Positions 1 through 10,563 of a stretch of DNA of 64,000 bases are shown here, in pieces (the first letter of the stretch is position 1; each line of letters begins with the position of its first letter). A program made the position numbers and the translations under genes. The DNA comes from Leptonemataceae bacterium (GTDB lineage: Bacteria; Spirochaetota; Leptospiria; Leptospirales; Leptonemataceae): positions 4,704,001 through 4,768,000 of the forward strand of contig OZ245742.1 of NCBI GenBank assembly GCA_965227295.1, given 5' to 3'. A model generated the notes under the pieces. The model was not told where the DNA came from. It made no database searches and saw only the letters and a list, made by a program, of their open reading frames with translations.

Positions 1-2
1 AA

Positions 3-794
3 CGCAAGGCCGTCATTCCCTTCGACTGGACCGTGGAGTACGCCTACCAGACAGGCATCACCGGCAATCGCGTCGATGCATCCTGGGACTGGCTCGGCGT
101 CACCATCCCCCGCGTGGACGCGAACGGCATTCCGGAGTTCGACGCGAACGGCAACCTGGTCACGGAAAAACTCTACAAAGAAAAGGAACGCTACGAAAGC
201 CACGCCGCCGCGGCCGACGCCGGCTACACCCTCTTCGATACCGTGCGCATCGGCGGCGAGTACGTCTTTGCCAGCGGCGATAAGGACCGCACCGACGGCA
301 CTGATTCCACTTTCGATCCGCTGTTTCCGTCGAACCACGGCCATCGCGGTCAGGCGGATCTGCAGGGCTGGCGCAACGTGGTCGGCCACTCGCTGAACCT
401 TACGTTCAGCTTCGGCGAATGGGGCAAACTTAAGTTATCATACTGGGAGTTCGACAAGCATCGCTATCAGGACGGCTGGTACTCCAACAGCGGGAGCGCT
501 CGCTCTTACACCACCGAGTCCGAGGCTAACGCACGCTACGGTGACGTTACCGACGCAAGCGGCACCACCTCGCTGGCAGCATCGAAATTGCGTTCACATC
601 TCTTCCGCGAGTACGATCTACACTACGAAATCACCTACGCCGACATCTTCTTCGAAGTCGGCTACAGCCTCATCCACGCCGGAGATTCCGTCGCCGCCGT
701 TCGCGATGATGAATTCTCATTACCCGGCGCGCGTCGGCCGAACTTCGACCCACGCGCGGATCGAATGTTCATGATGTTCGTATACAAATTTTGA
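3..794 (+). CDS. Alginate export (AlgE-like) outer-membrane beta-barrel protein, C-terminal part (5' truncated by window edge)
   Basis: Frame open from base 3; motifs EYAYQTG, ASGD..D...TFDPLFPSNH..G.AD..GWRN; C-terminal aromatic barrel signature FVYKF. Confidence 0.75.
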   Translation, partial: RKAVIPFDWTVEYAYQTGITGNRVDASWDWLGVTIPRVDANGIPEFDANGNLVTEKLYKEKERYESHAAAADAGYTLFDTVRIGGEYVFASGDKDRTDGTDSTFDPLFPSNHGHRGQADLQGWRNVVGHSLNLTFSFGEWGKLKLSYWEFDKHRYQDGWYSNSGSARSYTTESEANARYGDVTDASGTTSLAASKLRSHLFREYDLHYEITYADIFFEVGYSLIHAGDSVAAVRDDEFSLPGARRPNFDPRADRMFMMFVYKF

Positions 795-910
795 CACAGC
801 CGAAACCGGCGAGGACCTTCTCTGCCCGGGAAGGGTTTGGAAAAAACCACCCGAATTCAAAATTCGACTTTTACAATAAACCTTTCCCTGCATTCTAGCG
901 TTCTCCCGCC

Positions 911-3900
911 ATGAACGCTCCCGCCGGTTACGATCTGGCTGAAAAGCTCTACGAAAGCGCCGCGACCCTCGTCTATCGAGCACGGCGCCGGGCGGACGAA
1001 CATCCGGTCATCCTCAAGATGCTCCACGGAGAAGTCTCCGATGATCGCCGCCTGCGTCGTTTCCGCCGCGAATTCGAATTAACCCGGCGGCTCGCCGAGG
1101 CCCCGGGCATCATCGAGGTCCACGACTTTGCCCTGGATGCCGGCGGCCGCGGCGGCATGCTTGTACTGGAGGACGTCGGCGGCCAGTCCCTGGCGGCGCA
1201 TCTCAAGCAGCGTCAGTCCAATCGCATAGAAAATATTGAAGAATTCCTGGCCATCGCCATTCATCTGGCCCGCGCTCTGGAAGCGATCCACGGTGCCCGC
1301 CTGGTACACCGCGACATTAATCCGGCCAACATCGTCTGGAATCCCGAGCACAAACTGCTGCGTATCATCGACTTCGGCATTGCCGAAGAACTCACGGCCT
1401 CACCTTTGCGAGAATCTCCCGGTCCGGTGCCGCCGACGACCCTGGAAGGCACCCTCGCGTTCATCAGCCCGGAACAAACCGGACGCATCAATCGACCGGT
1501 GGACCATCGCTCGGATCTGTACTCCGCGGGCGCGACGCTGTATCGCCTGCTTTGCGGACGCAACCTCTTCGACGCCCGGGATCCCATGGAAATGGTACAC
1601 GCCCATCTGGCCAAAGAACCGGTGCCGCTCCAGGAAATCCGCCCGGATGTGCCGGCCTCGGTGGTGGAGGTCGTCCGGCTCCTGTTGGCCCGGGACCCGG
1701 AAGAGCGCTACCGCAGTGCCCGCGGCCTGCATCTGGACCTGTGCGAAATCCACGGCCATCTGGAACCCGAGAGCGGGCGCATCCTTCTCGAAAGCTTTCG
1801 GCCGGGACGGGACGACATGGCGCCGACCTTCGAACTGCCGCGCAAACTCTACGGACGCGACGAAGAACGGCGGCGCCTGCTGGCGGCCTTCGCCCGGGCC
1901 AGTACCGGTCGCGCGGAATTGTTGCTGGTTCGGGGAGACGCGGGCTCGGGCAAGTCCGCCCTGGTGCGGGAAATCCACCGTCCCATTACCGAGAAGCACG
2001 GCTACTTCGCCGCGGGTAAGTTCGATCCGGAAACCCGTAACGTGCCTTACTCGGCGCTACGCGATGCTCTGCACGCGCTCATCTCGCAGTTGCTTACGGA
2101 ACACAAGGACAGCCTCGCGGTGTGGAAGCACAGCCTGCTCGCCGCCCTCGGTTCCCACGTTTCCACTCTCGTCGAAGTGCTGCCGCGGGCCGCACTCATT
2201 TTTGGTGAGAGTCTGCCCGAACCGGCCCCGCCCTCCGGCGACAACCGGCGGCGCCTCAGCCGGGCGTTCCAGGCTTTCCTCAACACCTTTGCCACCCGCC
2301 GGCAACCCCTGGCCCTCTTCCTCGATGACCTCCAGTGGGCCGACAGCGCCAGCTTAGAGTTACTTGAGGAGTTCTTAGCAGATCCGCGCTCGAATCATGT
2401 CCTGGTCATCGGCGCCTGCCGTGATTCCGGTGACGAGACCTCCGCGGACGAGTCGCCGCGACGGCTGCGGGAACGATTCCAGGCCGAAGAAATCGTACTG
2501 ACCCCCCTCGGCGAACAGCACATCGCCGCCATGCTCGCCGATGCCTGCGATCTTCCGGCGGAGGAAACCCTGTCGCTCGCAAAGCTCTGTTTTGAAAAGA
2601 CCCGCGGCAATCCGTTCTTTCTGAATCAATTCCTCGGGGAAGCCCAGGAGTTCTTTTACTTTGAAAAAAACGCGGACCGCGGGCGCTGGTACTGGGATGC
2701 CGCGGCGATCGCGCACCTCGACGCCACTGCCAACGCGGTGCGTTTCTTAACCGCGCGGTTATCGAACCTTTCCCCGGGCACACGCCAGTTCCTGGAGTTC
2801 GCCGCCTGCCTGGGAGACCACTTCGATCTGCGCACGCTGGAAATCATTGCGCCGGCGCTGCCGTATGAATGGCTCAAGGGACTCTGGGACGCCGTGCGCA
2901 TGGGCTTCGTGGTCCCCCTGGATGATGAATACAAGTACATCAACCCGACGACCGGACAACCCGGCGATGCGAACCCCGGCTTTCGTTTTCTGCACGATCA
3001 GGTACGCGAAGCGGTCCTCTCTCTCATCGATCAACGGCGACGCTGTGAGATTCATCTGGAGATCGGCATTCATCTGCGAGACGGCGCCGGTGATGTCGAC
3101 TACCAGCGCTACCTGTTCGAAATCGTAGAGCACCTGAACGCCGGCTCACCGCTGATGGATCGCCCCCGAGAACGCACCGAGCTGGCACGCTGGAATTTAC
3201 GCGCCGGACGCCGGGCCAGGACGGCGGCGGCTTTTCGCGCGGCCTACTCTTACTTTCGTTTCGGTTTATTACAATGCGATCCCGGTCCGGACAGTGATCC
3301 GGATCTCACCCTGGCGCTGCAGCGCGAGGCCGCGGAGACGGCCCACCTCTGCGGCGAAACCGAGGCCAGGGATCGCCTGGTCGCGGCGGGCATTAAACTC
3401 TCGCGTTCCTTCCTGGAAGAGGTGTCGTTCCGCGAGATCGAGATCCAGGCCTTCGTCGCGAACAATCAGCTCCAGGAGGCCATCGCCGTCGCCCTGCCGG
3501 TGTTACGTAAGTTGGGGGCACACGTTCCTTCGGACGGTCGTCGCACGCCGGGCAAGGCGACGCTCTTATATCATCTGCTACGTCTGCGCATGAACCTGGG
3601 CGTGCACTATCGCCGTCCCGGCCTGCTCGCCGCACTGCGGCCCATGACCGAACCACGCTATCGAGCGGCCCTGCGCATTCTCACGCGAGTCGGCGTCGCG
3701 GCCTACTACTCGGCCCCGGAGCTGTTTCTGCTGATTTGTTTCGAGATGACCAGGCTCTCCGTTCGCTACGGGAACGCCCCCGAGTCCTGCCCGGCTTACG
3801 CCGCCTGCGGTTCGGTGATCTGCGCGGCCCTGGGAGACGTGAAGACCGGCTACGAATTCGGACGGGTCGCCCTGGAGCTTGCGCATCGTCCGGAAAACGC

Positions 3901-6277
3901 CGCGTTTCGGTCGATTACGGCCACGATCTTCCACGGCTTGATCCGCCACTGGCGAGACGATCTGGCCAGCACCCTGCCCGGCCTGCAACGCGCGCACGCG
4001 GACGGCATCGAGTACGGGGACCTGGTCCACGCGAGCACCGCCGCAAGCGCCTTTTCATTCTACGAATTTCTGGCCGGACAGAACGTGCGGCGCAGCGAAG
4101 AAACCGCGCGAAGCTATCTTCCGGACATCGAGAACTTCGGCATGGACACGATGACCCTCCATCATCGTCTGCTGCACCAGTTCTTGCGATGTCTGGCCGG
4201 CGAAAGCGACGATCCCCTCTCGCTGGATGGTGATGATTTACGGGAAGCGGTCATCCTCCAGGAGTTTGATGCCACTGCGAATACCACGGGGCGGGCGCTG
4301 CTCTACGTTTACAAACTGATGCTGGCCGCAATCTTGAGTGAGGTCGACGCCGGCATCGACGCCGCGGACCGCGCCGAAGAATATGTAGCCGGGCTCACCG
4401 CGTACGCCGCCGAGGGCGTCTTTCATTTCTACGCCGCGCTCATCCGCATCATCGCCCTGCGGCGCGGCTATTCCCGGCGCGGCCTGGACCGGCGCATTCG
4501 CGGACATGTGCGCAAGCTGCAATTTCGTGCGCACCATGCACCCACGGACTTCAAGCACCGGCTGGACCTGGTGCGGGCGGAACTGGAACGATCGAAGGGA
4601 CGTTACGAACGCTCTACGGATCTCTTTGACGCGGCGGCCCGCAGTGCCCGGGAGGCCGATCGCCCGCTGGACCTGGCCCTGATCTACGAACGCGCGGCGG
4701 ATCTGCATCGTTCCCTGGGGCGCACGCTCATTGCCGAAACGTATCTTCGTTCGGCCTACTTTACGTATCGCGCCTGTGGAGCCGATGCGAAGGTCCGCGC
4801 CCTGGAATCCCGCTATGCGCCGATCCTGCCGGCCGCCGCGACCCTGGAAAATCGTCGCGGCAGACCGGGGGAACACGAGACGGAAACTCGCAGCAGCGAA
4901 GAGACCCGCACCCTGGATCTGCGCAGTGTCATTAAATCTTCCCAGGCAATCGCGGAACAAATCTCGCTAACTCCTCTTTTAGAAAAGTTAGTCCGTATCC
5001 TCATTGAAAATGCCGGGGCACGGCGCGGGCTGCTGTTTCTGGAACGCGAAAATCGTCTCGTGCTCTCCGCCGAGGGCACGGCCCAGAGTTCCGAAGTCCG
5101 CATCCCGGGCTTTGAACGCGAGACCGCTCCGGAAGAAGTCGGCGAAGACACCGACGCCAGGGATACGGCCGGCGCCCCCCGATCGTTGCTGAACTACGTG
5201 CTGCGCTCCCGGGAGGCCGTGGTCCTGGACGATGCCGCCGAAGATCCGCGCTTCCAGAACGATCCTTACGTTCGTCTGCGCCTGCCGCGCTCGGTGCTCT
5301 GCATGCCGGTGCTGCATCGCGGCAACGCGCTGGGCGTACTCTATCTCGAAAACGATCTCATTTCCGGCGCCTTCACCCCGGAACGGCTGGAGACCCTGAA
5401 CCTGTTGTCCTCCCAGGCCGCCGTCTCGTTACAAAACGCCGTTTTGTACGACGGCATGGAACGAGAAATCGAGCGCCGCACGGTGGATCTTAACCGCGCA
5501 CTGGAAGAACTTAAGTTCCGCGAGGACCTCTATCTCTTCGAACTAGACGTGGCCGGCGACATTCAGCATACGTTGCTGCCGCAGATTCCGTACGAGTTCG
5601 CCCCGGTCTCCTCCCGGCCCCTGCGCATCGAAGCCTACTTTCGCCCCATGGCCGGCGTGGGCGGAGACTTCTACGACATCATTCCCATGAACGCCGGGAA
5701 ACGCCTGGCCCTGCTCCTGGCCGACGCCTCCGGACACGGTGTACCGGCGGCGCTGTTCACGACCATGGTGAAAGTAAACTTCGCCGATGCCGTCCGCCGC
5801 CGCGAGTCGCCCCTGGAAATCCTCAGCTACATGAACGACAGTCTTACGGGGACCATCGCCAGCTATCATTACTTAACCGCGGTTTGTCTGATCTTTGCGG
5901 ACGACGGTAGTTTCACCTACTCCAGCGCCGGCCATCCCCGCGGACTCATCCATCGTTCCGGAGACGCAAGCATCGACGTCATGGAAACTTCGGGCATGAT
6001 CCTGGGAGTGTTCGGGGAGGCCAGCCTCACCTATGAGAACCATCCCGAACGGCTGAATCCGGGCGACCGCCTGTTGGTCTATACGGACGGGATGACCGAG
6101 GCCGTGGACGTGGCCGGGCGAGTCTTCGGTGATGAACGCGTCAAAGAACTTCTGGAGGACTCCGCACATCTGCCACTTGACGAAGCCCGGAAATCCATCG
6201 AGGAAAACTGGTGCGCCTTCGTGGGCAACGCCAAGGTCCAGGACGACGTTACTTTTCTGTTAATCGAATATCGCTGA
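911..6277 (+). CDS. Multidomain Ser/Thr kinase - AAA(STAND-type) ATPase - GAF - PP2C/SpoIIE phosphatase
   Basis: Kinase motifs VILKML, HRDINPANI, DFGIA, SPEQTGR, SDLYS; Walker A GDAGSGKS, Walker B LFLDDLQWAD; GAF (SVLCMPV..LGVLYLEN); PP2C motifs GGDFYD, ADASGHGVPAA, SAGHP, YTDG, DDVT. Confidence 0.92.
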   Translation: MNAPAGYDLAEKLYESAATLVYRARRRADEHPVILKMLHGEVSDDRRLRRFRREFELTRRLAEAPGIIEVHDFALDAGGRGGMLVLEDVGGQSLAAHLKQRQSNRIENIEEFLAIAIHLARALEAIHGARLVHRDINPANIVWNPEHKLLRIIDFGIAEELTASPLRESPGPVPPTTLEGTLAFISPEQTGRINRPVDHRSDLYSAGATLYRLLCGRNLFDARDPMEMVHAHLAKEPVPLQEIRPDVPASVVEVVRLLLARDPEERYRSARGLHLDLCEIHGHLEPESGRILLESFRPGRDDMAPTFELPRKLYGRDEERRRLLAAFARASTGRAELLLVRGDAGSGKSALVREIHRPITEKHGYFAAGKFDPETRNVPYSALRDALHALISQLLTEHKDSLAVWKHSLLAALGSHVSTLVEVLPRAALIFGESLPEPAPPSGDNRRRLSRAFQAFLNTFATRRQPLALFLDDLQWADSASLELLEEFLADPRSNHVLVIGACRDSGDETSADESPRRLRERFQAEEIVLTPLGEQHIAAMLADACDLPAEETLSLAKLCFEKTRGNPFFLNQFLGEAQEFFYFEKNADRGRWYWDAAAIAHLDATANAVRFLTARLSNLSPGTRQFLEFAACLGDHFDLRTLEIIAPALPYEWLKGLWDAVRMGFVVPLDDEYKYINPTTGQPGDANPGFRFLHDQVREAVLSLIDQRRRCEIHLEIGIHLRDGAGDVDYQRYLFEIVEHLNAGSPLMDRPRERTELARWNLRAGRRARTAAAFRAAYSYFRFGLLQCDPGPDSDPDLTLALQREAAETAHLCGETEARDRLVAAGIKLSRSFLEEVSFREIEIQAFVANNQLQEAIAVALPVLRKLGAHVPSDGRRTPGKATLLYHLLRLRMNLGVHYRRPGLLAALRPMTEPRYRAALRILTRVGVAAYYSAPELFLLICFEMTRLSVRYGNAPESCPAYAACGSVICAALGDVKTGYEFGRVALELAHRPENAAFRSITATIFHGLIRHWRDDLASTLPGLQRAHADGIEYGDLVHASTAASAFSFYEFLAGQNVRRSEETARSYLPDIENFGMDTMTLHHRLLHQFLRCLAGESDDPLSLDGDDLREAVILQEFDATANTTGRALLYVYKLMLAAILSEVDAGIDAADRAEEYVAGLTAYAAEGVFHFYAALIRIIALRRGYSRRGLDRRIRGHVRKLQFRAHHAPTDFKHRLDLVRAELERSKGRYERSTDLFDAAARSAREADRPLDLALIYERAADLHRSLGRTLIAETYLRSAYFTYRACGADAKVRALESRYAPILPAAATLENRRGRPGEHETETRSSEETRTLDLRSVIKSSQAIAEQISLTPLLEKLVRILIENAGARRGLLFLERENRLVLSAEGTAQSSEVRIPGFERETAPEEVGEDTDARDTAGAPRSLLNYVLRSREAVVLDDAAEDPRFQNDPYVRLRLPRSVLCMPVLHRGNALGVLYLENDLISGAFTPERLETLNLLSSQAAVSLQNAVLYDGMEREIERRTVDLNRALEELKFREDLYLFELDVAGDIQHTLLPQIPYEFAPVSSRPLRIEAYFRPMAGVGGDFYDIIPMNAGKRLALLLADASGHGVPAALFTTMVKVNFADAVRRRESPLEILSYMNDSLTGTIASYHYLTAVCLIFADDGSFTYSSAGHPRGLIHRSGDASIDVMETSGMILGVFGEASLTYENHPERLNPGDRLLVYTDGMTEAVDVAGRVFGDERVKELLEDSAHLPLDEARKSIEENWCAFVGNAKVQDDVTFLLIEYR

Positions 6278-6288
6278 ACATTAGCAGA

Positions 6289-6759
6289 TCAAAGGCCGTG
6301 CTCGCGTTCGAAGTAGGTCAGGACCGCGGCCCAGTCCGTAAACGGCTCGCGGCCGAATACCAGGAGCCGGCCTTCGAAGTTTTCCTGGCCCTTGCCGCGT
6401 TCGTAGTCGTCGATCAAAAAGTCACCCTTGCAGAGTCCCTTGTTCGGACTGATGATCAGCCGCTCCAACATTTCGACGCCGAGGTGCTCTTCCACCCAAT
6501 CACGTTTTTCAAGGTAGCACAGGGGATTCGGGATCGACGGCGCGGTGAGGATCCAGACCTGAAAAAGATCGGAGGCACGCAGGCGTTGCATTGCCGCCAG
6601 GGCACCGGGCATGGGCTCCAGGTTTCGAAAGAAACCGTACTGACTCTGAGGATACGCAATCTCCGGTTCCAGCTCCAGACGCTCCCGATGCCGCTTCGAA
6701 AAGTTGCACAGTACGTCGTCCATATCGACGTAGAGTATCTTACGGTCAGCGTCCTGCAT
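6289..6759 (-). CDS. 5'(3')-deoxyribonucleotidase, NT5C-type HAD family
   Basis: LYVDMDDVL (HAD motif I), FFRNLEPMPGA, ILTAP, EKRDW, FLIDD; start placed at ATG 6759. Confidence 0.88.
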   Translation of the reverse strand: MQDADRKILYVDMDDVLCNFSKRHRERLELEPEIAYPQSQYGFFRNLEPMPGALAAMQRLRASDLFQVWILTAPSIPNPLCYLEKRDWVEEHLGVEMLERLIISPNKGLCKGDFLIDDYERGKGQENFEGRLLVFGREPFTDWAAVLTYFEREHGL

Positions 6760-6788
6760 TATAACACAAACAATCAAAATCCGCCGGC

Positions 6789-7976
6789 TCAGTCCACGGC
6801 GGGCAGCAGTTCCCGGGCCTGCACAAGCAAACGACCGTCACCGGATTCGACGCCCACGGTAAACTCACCGTAGACTGCCACCGTCGCATCCTCGCTTAAA
6901 TCTTGCGCGAAAGATCCCGGTCCTTCGCGGGGAAAGAGATACAGCACGTCCACGGAAGCCTCGGATCCGGTGTTCAGCCGAAAACGCAGCCCGCCCTCGG
7001 CCCGGCGCAAATCTTTTACGGAGCCGCGCCAGAAGACCGTCGCCCCGCGATACAACAAGGGCTCTCCCAGAATCGATGCCATATCCACCGGATCACGAAA
7101 ATCCGCGCGGGGAACGCGAGGAATCGAATCGCGCAACAACAGTGCGCGTTCTTTGATTTCAAAACCCGCATTGGAGAACTCCAACTTGCCGAGCAGATAG
7201 CGCGCCTGGTTGATTTTCCCTTCGCCGATGCGTTCGCGAGCGCTGCGATAATCGACCAGGGCGGCGTCCCGATCCGCATACGTAAAACGCGGATCTTCAT
7301 CGCCGAACTGCGCCGGGGACACCACGGTTCCGGACGACGGCGGCTGCGGTAAATCTTCCAGCAAAGATTTGTAAGGGTCCGGCCGAAAGAAGTTAGCGAT
7401 GGGCTCCACCGCGAGCGCCCCACCGATACTCAGGCCCGCCAGCAGGACAATGCCGAATACCACCGGGCGAAAGATGTCCCGTTGAGCGCCGGCATCGCCG
7501 CGCGATTTCTTCCGTGTAGACTTTGTAGACTTGTCCGGGCGCGCGCCGGCCACGCCCTCCACCGGTTCCAGGGGAACGTAGCGCAAAAAAGCGCGGTGCT
7601 CTTCCAGTTCACGTTCGATCACGTGATCGCCCTTCTTGAGTTTCGCAATGAGACCGTCGGCGAAGGTCTCGCCCGGGTCGGCCTGCACGATGCGCGTCCA
7701 GAGCAGCAGCGCGTTTTCGTAGCGGCGCCGATGCAGTTCCAGGTAGGCGGCCAGGTAGAGATGATCGGCGCGGTACATCGTCGCGCGACCGTGGGCTTCC
7801 ACCCATTCTTCGGATTGATGGATGTGACCGAGGCCGAAAAGCGCGCATGCCCCAGCATACAACACCCACTCCGGCGTACGTTCGCCCTGGCGCTCCCGCG
7901 CGTCACGACACGCTGCGAACGCCTGTTCGTAGCGCCCCTCAAACAGGGCCGTGCGAATGTTGGATTGTTCAGTCAC
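6789..7976 (-). CDS. TPR-containing single-pass membrane protein with possible C-terminal OB-fold
   Basis: N-terminal helical TPR-like segment, central TM (VVFGIVLLAGLSIGGALA), C-terminal YRGATVFWRGSV...VAVYGEF; co-directional with aroB. Confidence 0.6.
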   Translation of the reverse strand: MTEQSNIRTALFEGRYEQAFAACRDARERQGERTPEWVLYAGACALFGLGHIHQSEEWVEAHGRATMYRADHLYLAAYLELHRRRYENALLLWTRIVQADPGETFADGLIAKLKKGDHVIERELEEHRAFLRYVPLEPVEGVAGARPDKSTKSTRKKSRGDAGAQRDIFRPVVFGIVLLAGLSIGGALAVEPIANFFRPDPYKSLLEDLPQPPSSGTVVSPAQFGDEDPRFTYADRDAALVDYRSARERIGEGKINQARYLLGKLEFSNAGFEIKERALLLRDSIPRVPRADFRDPVDMASILGEPLLYRGATVFWRGSVKDLRRAEGGLRFRLNTGSEASVDVLYLFPREGPGSFAQDLSEDATVAVYGEFTVGVESGDGRLLVQARELLPAVD

Positions 7977-7991
7977 GATTTAGAGAAATAG

Positions 7992-9128
7992 TCAGCCGAA
8001 CCGCTCTCGTTGTTCATCCCAGGCGCGACGGAATTCTTCCGGCGCCACTTCCATACCGAAACGGGCTTCGCCGGGGCCGGCCAGAAGCACGTATCGGGGC
8101 ACGCCGCGCACGGCTTTTTTATCGAAGCGCATGTGTTCGAGAATTTGCTGCGCGCTGAAGTTCGCCGTATCCCGGGGCATCTTCAATCGATCCATTAACT
8201 TCAGATAACGTTCGATTACGTCCGGGGCCAGGCCGCAAACATTGCGCGAGAGCAGCAACGCTGTTACCAGACCGCGCGACACCGCCTCACCGTGAGAGAA
8301 GCGCGCGTACTGCGTCAGGGATTCCAACGCATGGGCCGTGGTGTGGCCGAGGTTCAGGATCGCCCGCAGTCCGCCTTCGCGTTCGTCCTGGCGGACCACC
8401 TCGGCCTTAAAACCCGCCGAGTCCAGGACCGCCGATCGCAAGGCATCGGAGGACGGATCACGCAGATCGTCGGCGTTTTGTTCTAAGTCCGCCGTAATGC
8501 GTCCGGAAGCTTCGAGGCAACCGTGTTTGATCATCTCCGCCAGGCCGCACACCCATTCGCGCTCGGGCAGCGTGCGCAGGAGCTCCGTGTTAAAGTACAC
8601 AAAGCGCGGTTGATAAAAAGCGCCGACCATGTTCTTACCGCGATCCACGTTGACGGCGGTTTTGCCGCCGACACTGGAGTCCACCGCCGCAAGCAGCGTC
8701 GTGGGAATTTGAACGAACGAGACGCCGCGCAATAGCGTCGCCGCTACAAAACCCGTAAAGTCGCCGACCACACCACCGCCGAGAGCAATCAAACACGACT
8801 TGCGATCCGCATCCGCTTCGATCAGACGATTGTAGATCGGCGCCAGATTGTCGATGTGCTTCGCGGATTCGCCCTGGCGAATGCGCAGGACCCGGCGCTC
8901 CGCTTCGCCGTCAAACAAATCGCCGGCGGCTTTTAAGAACGGCGCGATCACCGTATCGTCGAGACCCTCCTGAGAAATCACAAACAGACGTGACGCTCCC
9001 AGGTTCTCGAACAGGAGCTCTTCGCGGAGGCGTGCAAAGCCGCGCTCTACAAAGACCTGGTAGGCCGGAGAACTCGACGGCCGCACTTCCAACGGCGACG
9101 GAGCGGAGGATGATAGTACAGTTCCCAT
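7992..9128 (-). CDS. aroB: 3-dehydroquinate synthase
   Basis: GGGVVGDFTGF, PTTLLAAVDSSVGGKTAVN, KNMVGAFYQP, LNLGHT..HALE, HGEAV; start at ATG 9128 just after rnc. Confidence 0.96.
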   Translation of the reverse strand: MGTVLSSSAPSPLEVRPSSSPAYQVFVERGFARLREELLFENLGASRLFVISQEGLDDTVIAPFLKAAGDLFDGEAERRVLRIRQGESAKHIDNLAPIYNRLIEADADRKSCLIALGGGVVGDFTGFVAATLLRGVSFVQIPTTLLAAVDSSVGGKTAVNVDRGKNMVGAFYQPRFVYFNTELLRTLPEREWVCGLAEMIKHGCLEASGRITADLEQNADDLRDPSSDALRSAVLDSAGFKAEVVRQDEREGGLRAILNLGHTTAHALESLTQYARFSHGEAVSRGLVTALLLSRNVCGLAPDVIERYLKLMDRLKMPRDTANFSAQQILEHMRFDKKAVRGVPRYVLLAGPGEARFGMEVAPEEFRRAWDEQRERFG

Positions 9129-9139
9129 GAGTGCTTCGG

Positions 9140-9898
9140 TCAGCCGGAGGCGTTCTCCTTTTTCTGCATGCGTTCGAGGGCGTCCGTCGCGGCGGCCTGC
9201 TCGGCCCGCTTGCGGGAACGCCCCGTACCCCGGCCGGTCTCTTTGCCGCCCACCAGGACGCGGCACTCGAATACCCGGCGATGGTCCGGCCCCGATTCGG
9301 ATACAAGTTCGTAGACCGGCCGCCTGTGAATTCGTTTTTGCACGAGCTCTTGCAGGCGCGACTTCGCGTCCCGGGCGTCCCGGGGATCGTCGAAAGCATC
9401 CATGAGCGGCTGAAACCGGCCCAGAATAAACTTGCGCGCGCCGTTCAGGCCGCGGTCCAGATAGACCGCGCCGATCAACGCCTCCAGGCCGTCCGCGAGA
9501 TTCGAGGACCGCTCGGCCCCGCCGCTGGAAGCCTCGCCGCGTCCCATGCGCAGGACCTGCCCCAGACCCAGGTCCGCGCCGATGGGCGCCAGGGCCTGCT
9601 CGGACACCACACTGGACTTGATGCGCGCCAGTTGCCCCTCCGGATAGTCCGGGTGAGACGCGTATAAGTACTCGTTGATGACAAGGCCGAGGACGGAATC
9701 CCCCAGATACTCCAGGCGCTGGTTGTCCTCGATTTTAGGGCGTCCGGCCCCGCCCTCGTTCCGGAAAGAACTGTGGGTCAGTGCCTGATCGAGCAGGTCC
9801 AGATTCCGGAAGTGCACGCCGATTTGCTTCGCAAATTGAAGCAGACGTTTTTTCCGCGGAGCGTCGAGCCGCGAGGATGTACCAAAACGAAACCGCAC
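9140..9898 (-). CDS. rnc: Ribonuclease III
   Basis: ALTHSS, NQRLEYLGDSVL signature, EALIGAVYLD, C-terminal dsRBD (AKSRLQE...AEQAAA). Confidence 0.96.
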   Translation of the reverse strand: MRFRFGTSSRLDAPRKKRLLQFAKQIGVHFRNLDLLDQALTHSSFRNEGGAGRPKIEDNQRLEYLGDSVLGLVINEYLYASHPDYPEGQLARIKSSVVSEQALAPIGADLGLGQVLRMGRGEASSGGAERSSNLADGLEALIGAVYLDRGLNGARKFILGRFQPLMDAFDDPRDARDAKSRLQELVQKRIHRRPVYELVSESGPDHRRVFECRVLVGGKETGRGTGRSRKRAEQAAATDALERMQKKENASG

Positions 9899-9973
9899 TC
9901 AGCTATAGAAGGAAAGCGAACCGTAGAGAGAAAGGAAAATACAGGTGGGGAGACAAGAACGGGAAAAGGAATG

Positions 9974-9996
9974 ACCGGCCGGCAAAGCCGGCCGGT
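9974..9996 (-). terminator. GC hairpin between acpP and rnc (terminator/processing site candidate)
   Basis: ACCGGCCGGC-AAA-GCCGGCCGGT, 10-bp perfect stem just downstream of acpP; weak U-tract. Confidence 0.5.
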
Positions 9997-10012
9997 ACAA
10001 AAAGGAATTAGA

Positions 10013-10246
10013 TCAGGAAGAATGCTCGTCGATGTACTTGGATACGTCACCAACGGTCTGGATCTTCTCTGCATCTTCGTCAGAAATTTCGATGCCAAAC
10101 TCTTCTTCCAGAGCCATTACGAGCTCTACGGTGTCGAGCGAGTCAGCTCCGAGGTCATCGATGAAGTGAGCTTCCGGAGTAACTTCGGACTCGTCTACGC
10201 CAAGCTGTTCAACGATGATTGCTTTGATCTTTTCAAAATCAGCCAT
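10013..10246 (-). CDS. acpP: Acyl carrier protein
   Basis: [20 protein letters not shown] phosphopantetheine site; 77 aa, acidic. Confidence 0.98.
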   Translation of the reverse strand: MADFEKIKAIIVEQLGVDESEVTPEAHFIDDLGADSLDTVELVMALEEEFGIEISDEDAEKIQTVGDVSKYIDEHSS

Positions 10247-10520
10247 ATCAGTTCTCCCTAGTAACTGAGGTACGAATATTTTTGTCGTCGATCACCGACG
10301 ACTGGCGCAACGTACGAAACGGCTTTTCCCGTGCAAGAGGAAAAAAGAAAAAAAATTTTTTCGGTCTGAAATTTTTTTATCATACAACTTTCACAAATAC
10401 GCCCGTTTTCTCCGGTTTTTTCAGGCTTTCTGGCTCGTTTTTTGACTGCCCGCCCGCCTGGAACCGTTAAAAACAACAGTGGTTTTTCACCCCGCCGGAC
10501 ACGCGCCGGGAGCGTTACAG

Positions 10521-10549
10521 TTCCAATGACACCGGTACCGACATATAAT
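10521..10549 (+). promoter_or_regulatory. Candidate sigma70 promoter for cyclase module 1
   Basis: TTCCAA(10521-10526)-N17-TATAAT(10544-10549), 14 nt before ATG 10564. Confidence 0.5.
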
Positions 10550-10563
10550 CAGGCCCGCCCGCA

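Noticed and set aside
911..6277. STAND ATPase as an Avs-type anti-phage system
   Set aside because: Kinase-AAA-GAF-PP2C layout is a signalling architecture; no nuclease/effector domain or defence context
10335..10445. A/T homopolymer-rich stretch as foreign DNA or a phase-variable tract
   Set aside because: Intergenic and upstream of acpP; best explained as promoter/UP-element DNA
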